DNA of 64,000 bases, taken from contig NC_058368.1 of assembly GCF_018350175.1 (NCBI RefSeq), positions 59,832,001 through 59,896,000 of the forward strand, written 5' to 3'. The position numbers were made by a program, and so were the translations under genes. Below, one piece after another: positions 39,859 through 51,567 of the stretch (the first letter of the stretch is position 1; every line of letters begins with the position of its first letter). Under the pieces are notes generated by a model. The model was not told the DNA's origin and searched no databases. It saw only the letters and a list, made by a program, of their open reading frames with translations. This stretch comes from Felis catus. Taxonomy: Eukaryota.

Positions 39859-40694
39859 TGCCACTGGGTGGTCATACAGTCACAGCTATTGTGAGATTGA
39901 TGTGGTTTTGCATTGTCACGTAATAATGTTATGCTTTACCAATCATAAGTATAAATAATGGTGACAACTGTAAATGATTAGCATGACAAAAAGGGCATTC
40001 ACTCCAGGTGCAAAGAGCAAAACATAAAACTAACAAAATATCTTCTGAGTAAATAAAAGTGTGTTTTTATTTGCTTCTGTCTCCATCACCTTGTTCATCT
40101 TATTGTTTTTACTGTGAAAAATTGTGTTTCCATATTCTTTGGTATCGATAGATTATTTTAACTAAGATTATTAAGTTTAATTAGTATTACCAAAATGTAT
40201 GTTTTGTCAGGCAATATTTTTATGATATGTTTAAACACATTTTACAAATAATTATTTAAAACAAAAACATGATGTATATTATTTAGTGATATTCAAGTTT
40301 ATTTTTTACTTGGTTGCCTTATTTTGTAGAAGTTACATAATTTCATTATGAATTACAAACAAAATAAATATTTTAAATTATTGCTAGTAGTTGTAGTAGT
40401 AATAGCATTCAATTCAAAGTCATGATACGTATTTCAAAAGAGATCACAGTGAATAGAGTGGAGAGTATGTGTCCCTTCCACACCCTTATGGCATTTTCTC
40501 AATTATTCCCCCTATTGTTAACCACTTGCAGTTTCTTTCATACATGACTCCCTAGTATAGTATCATATTTATAACACCCAGCCCCAATGATACTATAATT
40601 CGTCTCATTCTTTTGTTTAGTGACTATATCCTTTCCAAAATTAGTGTAGTATGTAATTTGAAAGTTTCATTTCTTTAAATAAATTTTATTTAAA

Positions 40695-40892
40695 AGTTTT
40701 TTCAATGTTTATTTATTTTTGAGAGACAGAGACAGAGTGTGAGTAGGGAAGGGACAGAGATAGAGGGAAACACAGAATTCAAAGCAGGCTCCAGGTTCTG
40801 AGCTGTCAGCACAGAGCCTGAGGTGCGGCTCAAACCCATGAACCATGAGTTCGGAGTCGGACGCCCAACCGACTGAGCTACCCAGGCGCCCC
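40695..40892 (-). mobile_element. CAN-SINE
   Basis: Reverse SINE; TSD-like taaat(a/g)aa(t/c)tttatttaaaa. Confidence 0.94.
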
Positions 40893-40924
40893 TAAATGAA
40901 CTTTATTTTAAAAACTTAAACTTA

Positions 40925-40989
40925 TGAAAACAACCTAAGAACCCATCAATGGATTAATGGATAAAGATGATTTGAGATACACAAGCGCG

Positions 40990-41031
<42 letters not shown>

Positions 41032-41550
41032 CTGGAATACTATTCAGCCATGACAAAGAATTGAATCTTGCCATTTGTGACTATGTGGATAGAACTCAAG
41101 AGTATTATGCCAAGTGAAATAAATCAGATAAAGACAGACAAATGCTATATGATCATACTTCTTTGTGGAACTAAAAAACAAAAAAAATCAGGCTCACAGA
41201 TACAGAGAATAGAGTGGTTTGTGCTGGAGGCAAGGGCAAAGGCATTTGATAAAATAGGTGAGGGAGGACCAAAGATACAAACTTCCAGTTATAAAATAAA
41301 TAATTTGTGGACATGTAATATATAGAATGGTGACTGTAGTTAATAATACTGTGTACTGCATATTTGAAAACTGCTGAGAGTAGATTTTAAGTCCTCATTA
41401 CAAGAAAAAAAATGTGTTACTATGTATGATGTTGGATGTTAACTAGACTTATTGTGTTGATCATTTAGTAATATATGTAAATATCAGATCATTGTTCTGC
41501 ACATCTGAAACTAATATAATGCTATATGTCAAGTATATCTCAATATATTT
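40925..41550 (+). mobile_element. LINE-1 3' end (L1MA9-like) containing (CA)n at about 40993-41029
   Basis: ORF2 C-terminal remnant (PFVTMWIELKSIMPSEINQ); tacaaacttccagttataaaataaataa. Confidence 0.85.
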
Positions 41551-43202
41551 TTTTAAATAAAAGTATTCCATAAACAAAAAGAAAAATGTACACAAGGAAA
41601 AATACACATATTTTAAGAGCGCAGTTTTATAAATTTTTTCACATAGTTTACTCACTCATGTTTCTATCTTTCATGCAAGAAATGTAACATCACCATCATT
41701 CCAGATTTCCTTATTCGTAGACCCTCCTCCTCTTCTGAGGTAAACATTATTGTGACTTCTAACACTGTAAACTGCATTTCCTTGATTCATACCTGATATA
41801 AATAAAAAATATGTGATAGATATTATTTTACTTCTGACTTTCACTCAATATTATATTTATATGAATTAACTATGGTGTATAATATTCCTTTGTGTTACTG
41901 TATTACAGTGTATTTAACCTTTACACTTTTGATAGGCATTTGGATTATTTTCAAGTCATTAGTTAATGTAAATAGTCTATTAATATGTCTTTTTTTTAGT
42001 CTTTCTTTCATTTGTACATGTTTGTACATTTTGGTGTATATACATTTCTCTTTAGCATTCATCAGAGAAAAATGTTGGGAGCATAGCTTTGGTATGTATT
42101 AGCTTATAGGAGATACTACTACCCAAACACTTTGCCCATGTTCTCAGAAACATTTATATCGTCAGTCATTAATTTAAACCACTTAGTTGCATGCAATAGG
42201 GTAATATCAGTGATTTTATTTGGCAAATCTCTTGAAGAATAATGAGATGGTATATCTCTTATATGTTCATCGATCATTTGGATATACTTCATTTATGAAT
42301 TATCTATTCAAACATTTACCTACTTTTTTAATATTATTTTTTTTATTTGTGACATGTCTTTACATGGTCTTAATATGAGATTTTTGTTGTTGTTGGAAGT
42401 ATGCCAATATCCCCTTCTCTCTGACATGCCTTATACTGTCTTAAGAATGTTTTTCAAAGAATGTTAGACCTTGAATTTATTATCAGTATTGTCCTATAAG
42501 GCTACTAGTATGTTTTTTTGATTAAGAAGTATTTACCTGTTCTCATTAAGTATATATCATGGGTACACTTTTATCTCCTGTCTTTTAGAAATTTGTTGTT
42601 TTTTCTTTCACATTTAGATCTATAATCCAAATGGAATATTTATGTAAGGTGTACAGTGAAGTCAAGTTGTTCCCTTTCTCTTCCCTGCCCTCACTGACCT
42701 TTCCTTTCCTTCTTTTCTCTTCCTTCACTTCCTTCAACTCTCATTCTCTCCTCTGTTCCCTTGCCCCCACCATTTATATGTGTATTTATTGACCTAGCAC
42801 CATTTATTTAAAATAGCATCCTTTCTTCCACAGCACTAGAATATCAACTTTGTTATAAACTGTGCCCAATACAGTTAAACCTTTTCCTGTACTCCATATT
42901 CTCTACTTTGTTACATGGGTTGATTTGGCTATCTTTGCACCAACATACATTCTTAACTCTTGATACATTCTAATAATAATTGATAGCTTCTAATGTGATT
43001 TTTAAATTAAATTGGCATTCTATTCCTAAAATGTATGTAGTCTTCTATTTTTATGTAATAGTTTTTTGAAAATTTTTCCCAATATGTAGTATTGGGCACA
43101 TTTGCTCATCTTTATTTACAATTATTATTATATGTAATTCATTTTTTAAATTTTATTTTCTAAATATTTTTTGCTAATATAGAAAATTAAAATAGATTTC
43201 AA

Positions 43203-43420
43203 GGCTGCCTGAGTAGCTCAGTCAGTTAAGCATTTGACTTTGGCTCAGGTCATGACCTCACGGTTTGTGAGTTCGAGCCCTGCATCAGGCTCACTGCTGT
43301 CAGTTCAGAGCCTGCTTCAGATCCTCTCTGTTCCTCTCTCTCAACCTACCTTACCAAAGTGTCTTCAACCCTCTCTGTCTAAAAAATAAACATTAAAATT
43401 TTTTAATAAAACAAATAAAA
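43203..43420 (+). mobile_element. CAN-SINE
   Basis: SINE body; TSD-like aaaat(a/c)gat(t/c)tcaa. Confidence 0.92.
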
Positions 43421-43808
43421 TAAAATCGATCTCAAAAATTGAACTTATATAAATGAGAGAGAAGGTTTAAATCTCAATTTCACCATTATTGGTAAATTTA
43501 TTTGCTAAAAGTATTGATTTTTCAATCCATTCTTAAAGATTTTCTAAGTGCACAATTCTATAATATGAGAATAAGGTTTATTTCTTTGTTTATTTGTTTT
43601 TCCTTGTTTGTTCCTTTTTTATACAGTTAATTGGTTTTATATGTCTTATTACATTGTTGAATAGATGATTGTAAGAGACCTACTTGATTCAACTTTAGTT
43701 TCACAGGTAAGTCTACCAGTGTTGGACCATTAAATATAGCATTTGATTTTTTTAAAGTTATTAATTATTGAATTAAATCTGCTTTCCTTCTAGTTTGCTC
43801 AGAGTTGA

Positions 43809-43858
43809 TGAATCCGACTTTATCTCTTTCCACTGAATCCGACTTTATCTCTTTCCAC
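43809..43858. repeat. Perfect 25-bp tandem duplication
   Basis: tgaatccgactttatctctttccac x2. Confidence 0.95.
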
Positions 43859-44484
43859 CTACTCTCATTTTTATGTTGTAATAAATCATCTTTTATATTA
43901 AGCCTAATCCTTGTCATATCTTATAAATACCTCAAAGTTCTACTCAGATCTCTCCTTATTTTTCTTTTCAGAATATATCTGCATCTGTTTGCTTATTTAT
44001 ATTTGTATATGAACTGTAAAGTGTTTCTTAGTTCCACACTATTTTTTTATATTTTCATAAGTTATATTTTTCTAAGTATGATTGGTCTCTAATTTTTAGT
44101 GCTTTTTCAGGTTTATTATCCATGTGGATAGCTTACAGCGATTGTGGTAGTATTTCTCTATGCTCTGATATTACTTAAGTGTTATATATTGAATTTCTTC
44201 TTTAAACATTTCATAAAAGGTATCTACGAAATATTTCTTACCCAAGGTTATTCATTGGGTATATTAGATCTTTATAAACCTCTAATTCAGTAATGACAGT
44301 TTCTTTGCTTTGAAAAATAGTTTGGTAAATTATCTTTTCATAGGATATTAAATTCACACAGTTTTCACACAGTTGGAAAACATTGTCACAAGGCATGCTT
44401 AATCAATTTTTTCATTATCTTTGTATTTTAAGTATATATTTGAAGGTGTGGATTTTATGTTGATTAATTTTTTAAATGTCTTAT

Positions 44485-44705
44485 TCTTTTTTTAAGTTTA
44501 TTTCTTTATTTTGAGAGAGAGAGAGAGGGAGAGAGGAAGATAGATAGAGAACATGAGCAGGGGAGGAGCATAGAGGGAGGCAGAGGATCCGAAGCAGTCT
44601 CTGTGCTGACAGAGAGCCCAGTGTAGAGCTCAAACTCATGATCCATGAGATCATGATTTGAGCCAAAGTCTGAGACCTAACTAACTGAGCTAACCAGGAG
44701 CCCCT
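44485..44705 (-). mobile_element. CAN-SINE (older)
   Basis: Reverse SINE ending ccaggagcccc. Confidence 0.92.
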
Positions 44706-44999
44706 AAAGTATATGATTCTTATATGGTGTTTTTCAATTTACTTTCTCCTGTTTTGAAACACATTATATGTGTCATGCAGTATTTTTTTCTTGACCCAAG
44801 AGTTGAGGTTTGTTTTATTATTTTTCGTATCTGATCAGTAAGGCATTTTTGTTTGCTTATTTTATTTTTAATTTCTTGTTTTGGTATTGTTACTATATAG
44901 TTTCTGCTATTTCTATATTTCATTAGTTATTAATATTTTGTTTATAGAATAATATAACTCTCTTAGTAAATTGTCTTTATGTAATTGAGTAGAATGGAA

Positions 45000-46230
45000 A
45001 GCAATAATTTCAACTTACATAATGGGAGGCAATCATGGAAGAAGAATGCGGACAATGTTGTTGATTAATGGTCCCATGCTTGGGTAGAAGGCTACATGTT
45101 GAATTTGACTATGTTTGTACTAGTGAATATGAAGAAAAAGGTATTGACCTAATGTTTTTGAGGTAGAATTAGAATTTTTAGATTTATACTTGGATATTAG
45201 GCTTACAGAAAATAAAATTAGGCTGGAATTGGACTAATAGACTGGATGATATATCTTCTATTGATATAAGAATGGAGAAGACTCACACCCCCATGCTAAA
45301 TGCTCTAAGGGGGTTGAACAAGACTACACTTTTACATGTTAATTATGGAAATTATTCAAGTTATAGTACTGCAATCAGATCTGGACATGTAAGGTACAAG
45401 AATTCAATATTGATATGATGAATTTAAAGACAAAGACTAGAATAAATAATCAATGGAGACATTTCAGATGGATGAAAAAGACAGCTGAGTACACAACCCT
45501 GCACATTTCCCAAATAAAAACTCTTATTAGAGAAACAACCATGGGAAAAAATATATATGTGTATGAATGACTAGGAGGGTAGGTGAAAAATCAGAAAGTT
45601 CTGTGTAAAGAAAGGCAATAAAATAAAATATCTCTAGAAAGCAAGCCTTAACATGTGTATTCAACATTGCTTAGAGGGTGAATAAGATGAGGCTAGGTAA
45701 GTGTATTTGTAAACATTATAATTAGAAGCTTTAGTAAGATCCATTTTTTCATGTTTCCCTGATTTAAGTGGAATGTGAAGGATCGGATACACAGAAGTAT
45801 AAACAGCAAATACAAGTCTTGTAAGAAGTTAGTGGAAAAGGAGAGAAAAAGATACAGATCAGTTGCTACACTGACTTATAAGTTAAAGGAGTATATTTCA
45901 TAGGTGGGTAGGTAATAAATTATCAGAGAAAATGGAGCATATTTGTGTGCTGATGTGAATGATCTATATATAGGGTGAAAAACAATTCATATTGTAAGAG
46001 ATAAAGGTGATGGCTGTTGGAAAAAAAAACTTCCTTGATGAGAAGCGAAGTGGAATTGAGAGTGGGGATGAGGGTTGGCTTTGCCAGGAACCTGTTCACT
46101 TTGTCTAGCACAATAGAAGGAAGAGTGGCACCGTATGTCTACAGGTATTTACTACGTCATAATTTTGATTGGGGGTAACTTAGACTTGTCCTGCTTCTTT
46201 TCTTTTCAGTGAAGTATAAGCCAAAATAAT
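45000..46230 (-). mobile_element. Degenerate L2 LINE
   Basis: ttttgaggtagaatt, tacacaaccctg and ttttcagtgaagta resemble antisense L2; very diverged. Confidence 0.4.
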
Positions 46231-46770
46231 TTGTTGATAGCAAGGAAATGAAATGGAATTTCCACTAAAGAAGTGAAGGTTATAAGTTGTCATTTCAGGA
46301 AGCGGCAAAACTATAACTAAATGCTATAATACTGGTAGTAGTTTCCATCTGAGATTTATAATAATAAAGTTAGCCGCTTTGCATGCTTTTTTTCAATAGT
46401 ATTTAGTTGTTCATTTGTATCAGGAAACAATTCTTTTTAAATAGAAATGAGTTTGTCCCAAAGAATAAATAACCACAGAAAAGAGTGGCTAAGCCTTTAA
46501 GAATGTTCTTAGCAATATTTTTAGTAGTTGGGATGCATAAACATCTCTTTTTTTCTTGAATTCTTCACCAGTTGTGGGGACAATAGAGTCAGGAAGCTGA
46601 AGATAAAACTATAAGATTTATTACTGGTGAAAGCTGCATGGAGACAGTTTCCACATGTGAGGCACCATATGCTTTTTAATAATCCATAGTTTAGATCACA
46701 AAACAACAGAGCAGACTGTATGTTTAAGGAAAGAAAGAAGTAGCTGATCTTTCCCTTCAGGGCTACTTAC

Positions 46771-46788
46771 CAGGAATTTTAACTGCTG
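46771..46788 (-). other. Candidate microexon (18/15/12 nt, tandem acceptors)
   Basis: ttctgatagctttttcttttttaag|CAG|CAG|TTAAAATTCCTG|gtaagtag. Confidence 0.45.
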
Positions 46789-47796
46789 CTTAAAAAAGAA
46801 AAAGCTATCAGAATGAAAAAAAAAATCTTAAAATGATCATCCTCTCTCCTTAGCTGACACTAAATACCCCAGGAAAAAAATATCTCAGAATTTCTTTGAA
46901 AAGTCATGTATTTCTCCAGTTGCCACTTTGTAGACTTTTCTTTTTTCTGTTGCCCCCACGTGATTGTTTCAGAATAAACTGAGTGTTAATTTTACTTCTC
47001 TTAGGAAACTAACAGAAGTAAATTAGTTTAACTTCCTTCCTCAAGGTCAATTAATGAGATAATCCTTTAACCTCCCTGCTTTCTCCCTGTTTACTTCATA
47101 TGGCCCTTGTGGTCCAATCTGAAAAAACTGTGTGATGCCAAGCTCCCAGAACACTGCTGTCATAATACCCATTTACCCCATTTGCACTTGAAGGCTTTGT
47201 TTACATACATACTTTATTTATATACTGTACTTACACATGGTAGTCATTTACACTTCTGCTCTGAGACTTTCTCCTTTGAACTGAGAAAATAGATTCAGAT
47301 TGCCCCTTAGGGTGAATGAGTATGTACCCCCATGCCATTACAAATAGTGATGGGTCACTGATAGCCTTGCTTTGAGCAACGTTGCATTCATGAGGATGAA
47401 TGTATCTGAATTATGTGTGAAGGCATGAGCGTAGACATCTCAGTATTTGTATAAATTTGAATATATGCATGTGTGCCTGCAGAGGTGTTATGTTATTGTG
47501 TCAGTACAAATGCAACTATTATAAATTTGAGAATAGCCGGCTCAAGTTTATGTTAATGAAATTTATATGCATTCGTGTGTGTTTACATGTCTGTGTTTAA
47601 GACACATCAGGAATGATGTGGAACATTTTTCTTTGTAGAATTTTTAAAAATCTTGTTCTAATGAAGTGTATAAATGAAGTCATCATAAGGTTTAGCCTAA
47701 CATTCTGTAATACACTTTTGTAATACACTTTATTATATCTATTTATATAAGCAGATAAAATAAAAGAGTAATTGTCTTTCATTAAAATATCTTCTT

Positions 47797-48008
47797 GGGA
47801 CACCTTGGTGGCTCAGTCAGTTGGGCATCAGACTCTTGATTTCAGCTCAAGTCATGATCTCCCGGTTTATGGGATTGAGCACTGTGTCATGCTCCGCTCT
47901 GTCAGAGTGGAGCCTACTTGGGATTCTCTCTCTCCCTCTCTGCCCCTCCCCCACTCTCTCTCTCTCTCTCTCTCCCTCTCTCTCTCTCTTTTAAAATAAA
48001 TAAACTTA
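47797..48008 (+). mobile_element. CAN-SINE (older)
   Basis: SINE head, long (CT)n, aaaataaataaac tail. Confidence 0.93.
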
Positions 48009-48023
48009 AAACTATATCTTCAT

Positions 48024-48299
48024 GGGGCATCTTGGTGACTCAGTCGGTAAGTATCTGACTTCAGTTCACGTCATGATCTCATGGTTCATGGGTTCCAGGC
48101 TCCGGTGGGCCTCTGTGGTGACCGCTCAGAAACTGGAGCCTGCTTTGGATTCTGTGTCTCCCTCTCTCTCTCTGCCCCTCTCCCACTCCAGGTTCTGAGC
48201 AGTCACCACAGAGCCCAACACGGAGCTGGAACTCATGGACCTTGAAAATGACCTGAGCTGAAGTCAGACGCTTAACAAACTGAGCGACCTGGACACTCC
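48024..48299. mobile_element. Two tailless CAN-SINEs fused in inverted orientation
   Basis: + copy 48024-48185 joined directly to a - copy head at 48186-48299. Confidence 0.9.
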
Positions 48300-49009
48300 T
48301 ATATATATTTTTTCTTAGCATTTGACAAATGATTGTCAATCAGAAATCAGAACATGATTAATTGGAAAATATGACTTAAAGCTTAAATTAGTTTATATAT
48401 TTATTATTTCTATTTATTTACCTATTCATCTAGCATCTATCTTTGAGTGTGTGAATTGAAACCTAACTGCTAATATACAATGTGTTTATGACAACATAAA
48501 TAATATATATATTAATACAATATTTTAAGTTCCAAAAGTATCATGAAGACAAGAATCAGTAATTTTTCAATAGAAATTTTATATAGTGTTAAGATGATTG
48601 ATGCACTATATAGAAATAACTTGAAATGGTGTAATTTACCTATATAATATATCATGGAATATAAACCAAAATAATTTTCAGATTTTTTGCAAATTAAAAC
48701 AAAACAGGTATTAAAACAATATTAAGTAAATAGAAGATATTATATTAACAAAAGTTTACTCTTGCTATATCCTTTATTAGGGTTTCAAGTAAAAGAAAAA
48801 AAACTGTATTTAAGTAATATAGTCAATAATCATATAGTCAATTATCATAACCTTTGATTTGTTTTAGGTAGAGTACTAGCCCCACTTTAAAAGTTACTCA
48901 GAGAAAAATATACATTCCTGAAGATTTACGAATAAATTTCAATCATACTATACTAATATTTTCCACTATTTTACCAAGTAGTAAATTATACTTTAGTATT
49001 GTTCTTAAT

Positions 49010-49362
49010 TTTTTTGTCTGTTACAGATTCATTTGGCAGTCTGGTAAAGTTGATGCATTTTATTTTAAGTGCGCAAATGAAAATATATGTGATTACAAGG
49101 AATGTTTTCTAATATATCATTATAAAAGTATACAAATATATAAAATCCTCTCTAATACATTAAATAATATGTCTATTAATACATCAAATAATATGTCTAA
49201 CAATGAAAACTTCAATTACTATTATTTCTACTATTGATAAAACTGTATCTCTCTAATGCTGTTATAGTTTGCTGCAACATTCAAAATTAAACAAGTGGTT
49301 ATAGATTTATAAAAATAAAAGTGTAATTTTCCCCATCTAAGTTCACAGATCCCCTGAATTCT
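49010..49362. mobile_element. hAT-Charlie family DNA transposon remnant
   Basis: tttggcagtctggtaaag, gattacaagga and aagttcacagatcccctgaa resemble Charlie-type MER elements; subfamily uncertain. Confidence 0.5.
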
Positions 49363-49773
49363 GTAATAAACTCATAATCATATTCCGTAATAAATTCAAC
49401 TCCTACAGGGTATTAACAAGAAAATTTACACATGCATAATTAACATTTCTGGAGTTTTATGATTTACTAGCATTCAAATTTTAGAGAGGAAATTCCTGAG
49501 GTTTTTAGCATTTCTGTCTTCTAAAAATATGTTTCTAAAATCCTGTTCCTATCCCTCAAAAATGCTAATTTACATCAGTTTTATTTTACTTCCTTTATAT
49601 TTTTACTTTAAAATATCTTTAGATAGATATTAAAAATAATATTCTTAATAATTTATTTTAGGAAATTTTTTAATGTGTATAAGTATCTGGAACCCATATC
49701 CTATGAGACAAATAGTCTGTATTCTCTTTGAGAACATAATCAAAATGAGGGATAATTTAATATATTTTCTTAC

Positions 49774-49776
49774 CTG
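49774..49776 (-). other. Candidate 3-nt microexon (CAG) or recursive splice site
   Basis: tgttttcttttttgtataactttatttcag|CAG|gtaagaaaa. Confidence 0.35.
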
Positions 49777-50646
49777 CTGAAATAAAGTTATACAAAAAAG
49801 AAAACATTATGCAATTCATAATGAACATTCTAAAAATCAGTTATTATTTTAAGTAGTATTTATAGATTTGAAACTCATTATTTGATTTTCTATCATTTAG
49901 GTGTGAATTCTAATGCAGTTTCATTGCCTTTGGCAATATGAATCTTATATATTTTATGTTATAAGTAATTGCTAAAATATGCCCAATTGAAGTACATTTT
50001 AAAATATATCAGTTTTTTAACTGATCAGAGTTTTCATCAGAGTTTTTTTTAAATATCTATCTATCTAGAAATTACATATATATTTATTCTACATTTTTAT
50101 CTATTGTTTATGTATCTATTTATCTATCGATCATTTATGTGACTATGTGAATGTAAGAGGTTATTAACATGAATTAAATTAAAATATCAAAAATAAGAGT
50201 AGTCACATTTACAAATAAAAATACCTCAAATTAAAATAAAATCGGAACATAAAATATAAATAATATAAATAAATAAAACATAAAACAGTAGTGTTAGTAG
50301 TGTTGTGACATTTTAATTCTATATTTTCTGCAAGATAAATAAAAATAAATGCAAAAATCATTCATTAAGTAGTTTTTAGTAATTTTGAAGACAGCATACT
50401 AGTCTAAAATGAAAACTTTTGTGAGTATTTACAATGATATATTCACAAGAAAATATCTTCACCAGCTTCCTTGAATAAATAAAGCATCAAGTTTCCTAAG
50501 GCTGTTTTTGTAGTAACACTTTGATGAATTCTGAGTACATTATGCCAAAAGCAATAATATAGAAACTAAGATAATATCTTCTAGATATGCAACTTTCTTC
50601 TCTGGTGGTTTCCTTCAAACATTAGATCTAAATCAGTTGTTCTCCA

Positions 50647-50862
50647 GGGTGCCTGGGTGGCTAAGTCGGTTAAGCTTCAGCTTAGGTCATAATCTCCTGG
50701 CTCGTGAGTTCAAGCCCTGTGTCGGGCTCTGTGCTGACTGTTCAGAGCCTGGAGCCTGATTCGGATTCTGTGACTCCCTCTCTCTCTCTCTGCCCCTCCC
50801 CTGCTCATGCTCTGTCTCTCTCTGTCTCTCAAAAAATAAATAAATGTTAAAAAAAAAAGTTT
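50647..50862 (+). mobile_element. CAN-SINE inserted at the end of a MER5-like element (to about 51040)
   Basis: Perfect TSD taaatcagttgttctcca; downstream cttcccaggt...ctaatgc is MER5-like. Confidence 0.93.
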
Positions 50863-51523
50863 TAAATCAGTTGTTCTCCAATTGGGTGTACATAACAATT
50901 AAGAGGTTTCTTTTTAAATGCAAAATTCAGTTCCATCAGTTATTTTTTCACAGGTGTATAATGGGAAGGGGAAACTAATTTTTAGTAGGCTTCCCAGGTA
51001 GCACTAATGCATGTGGTCCCTGAATGTCACTTGAAATAAAAATTTCAGAGAAGAGCTGTATTATTTCTCTCCCAAACAATCCTCCATAAATGTTATTGCT
51101 GTCAACTGAGTTTCAGTATTTTGAAAAAAAAGTATGAAAATTCAAAATCTAATAATACAAAAAAGTATTACATTATTACGTACATTATCAATATAATTCA
51201 TGGAATACATTGCTTAAAAAATGACCATCTACTTTTTTTTTACTCCCATCTCTTCCTGTTTTTACTAGTAATAACTGAACACCTCTGTGTATTGGGTCAT
51301 TCTTTTCTATATTTATGTCCATATGTTTATTGGGGCATAAGTAGTATCATATTATATTTTTTTCACTAACTTATATTACTTCATGTAATGTAGATATATT
51401 TTTGTACCAACAAATTATTTTAGCAATATATGTTTTATTATAAATGGTTGCATTTGAGACATCCTTAGTTTGAATAAACTTTTTTTGTTTATGGTCCTTA
51501 TGCATCCCTCAAAAACACAACTC

Positions 51524-51526
<3 letters not shown>

Positions 51527-51567
<41 letters not shown>
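51527..51567. repeat. (ATT)n microsatellite
   Basis: About 13 units, within decayed antisense L1-like sequence. Confidence 0.95.

Larger units (their letters stand above)
41600..44400 (-). mobile_element. Old LINE-1 (L1ME-like), antisense, highly decayed
   Basis: cacatttagatctataatcca, ctagcaccatttatttaaaa, ctttgcaccaa motifs. Confidence 0.6.

Noticed and set aside
43685..43713. + strand tttcacag|gtaagt recursive-site-like motif
   Set aside because: Lies inside decayed L1; shows that such motifs arise by chance and tempers the microexon calls.
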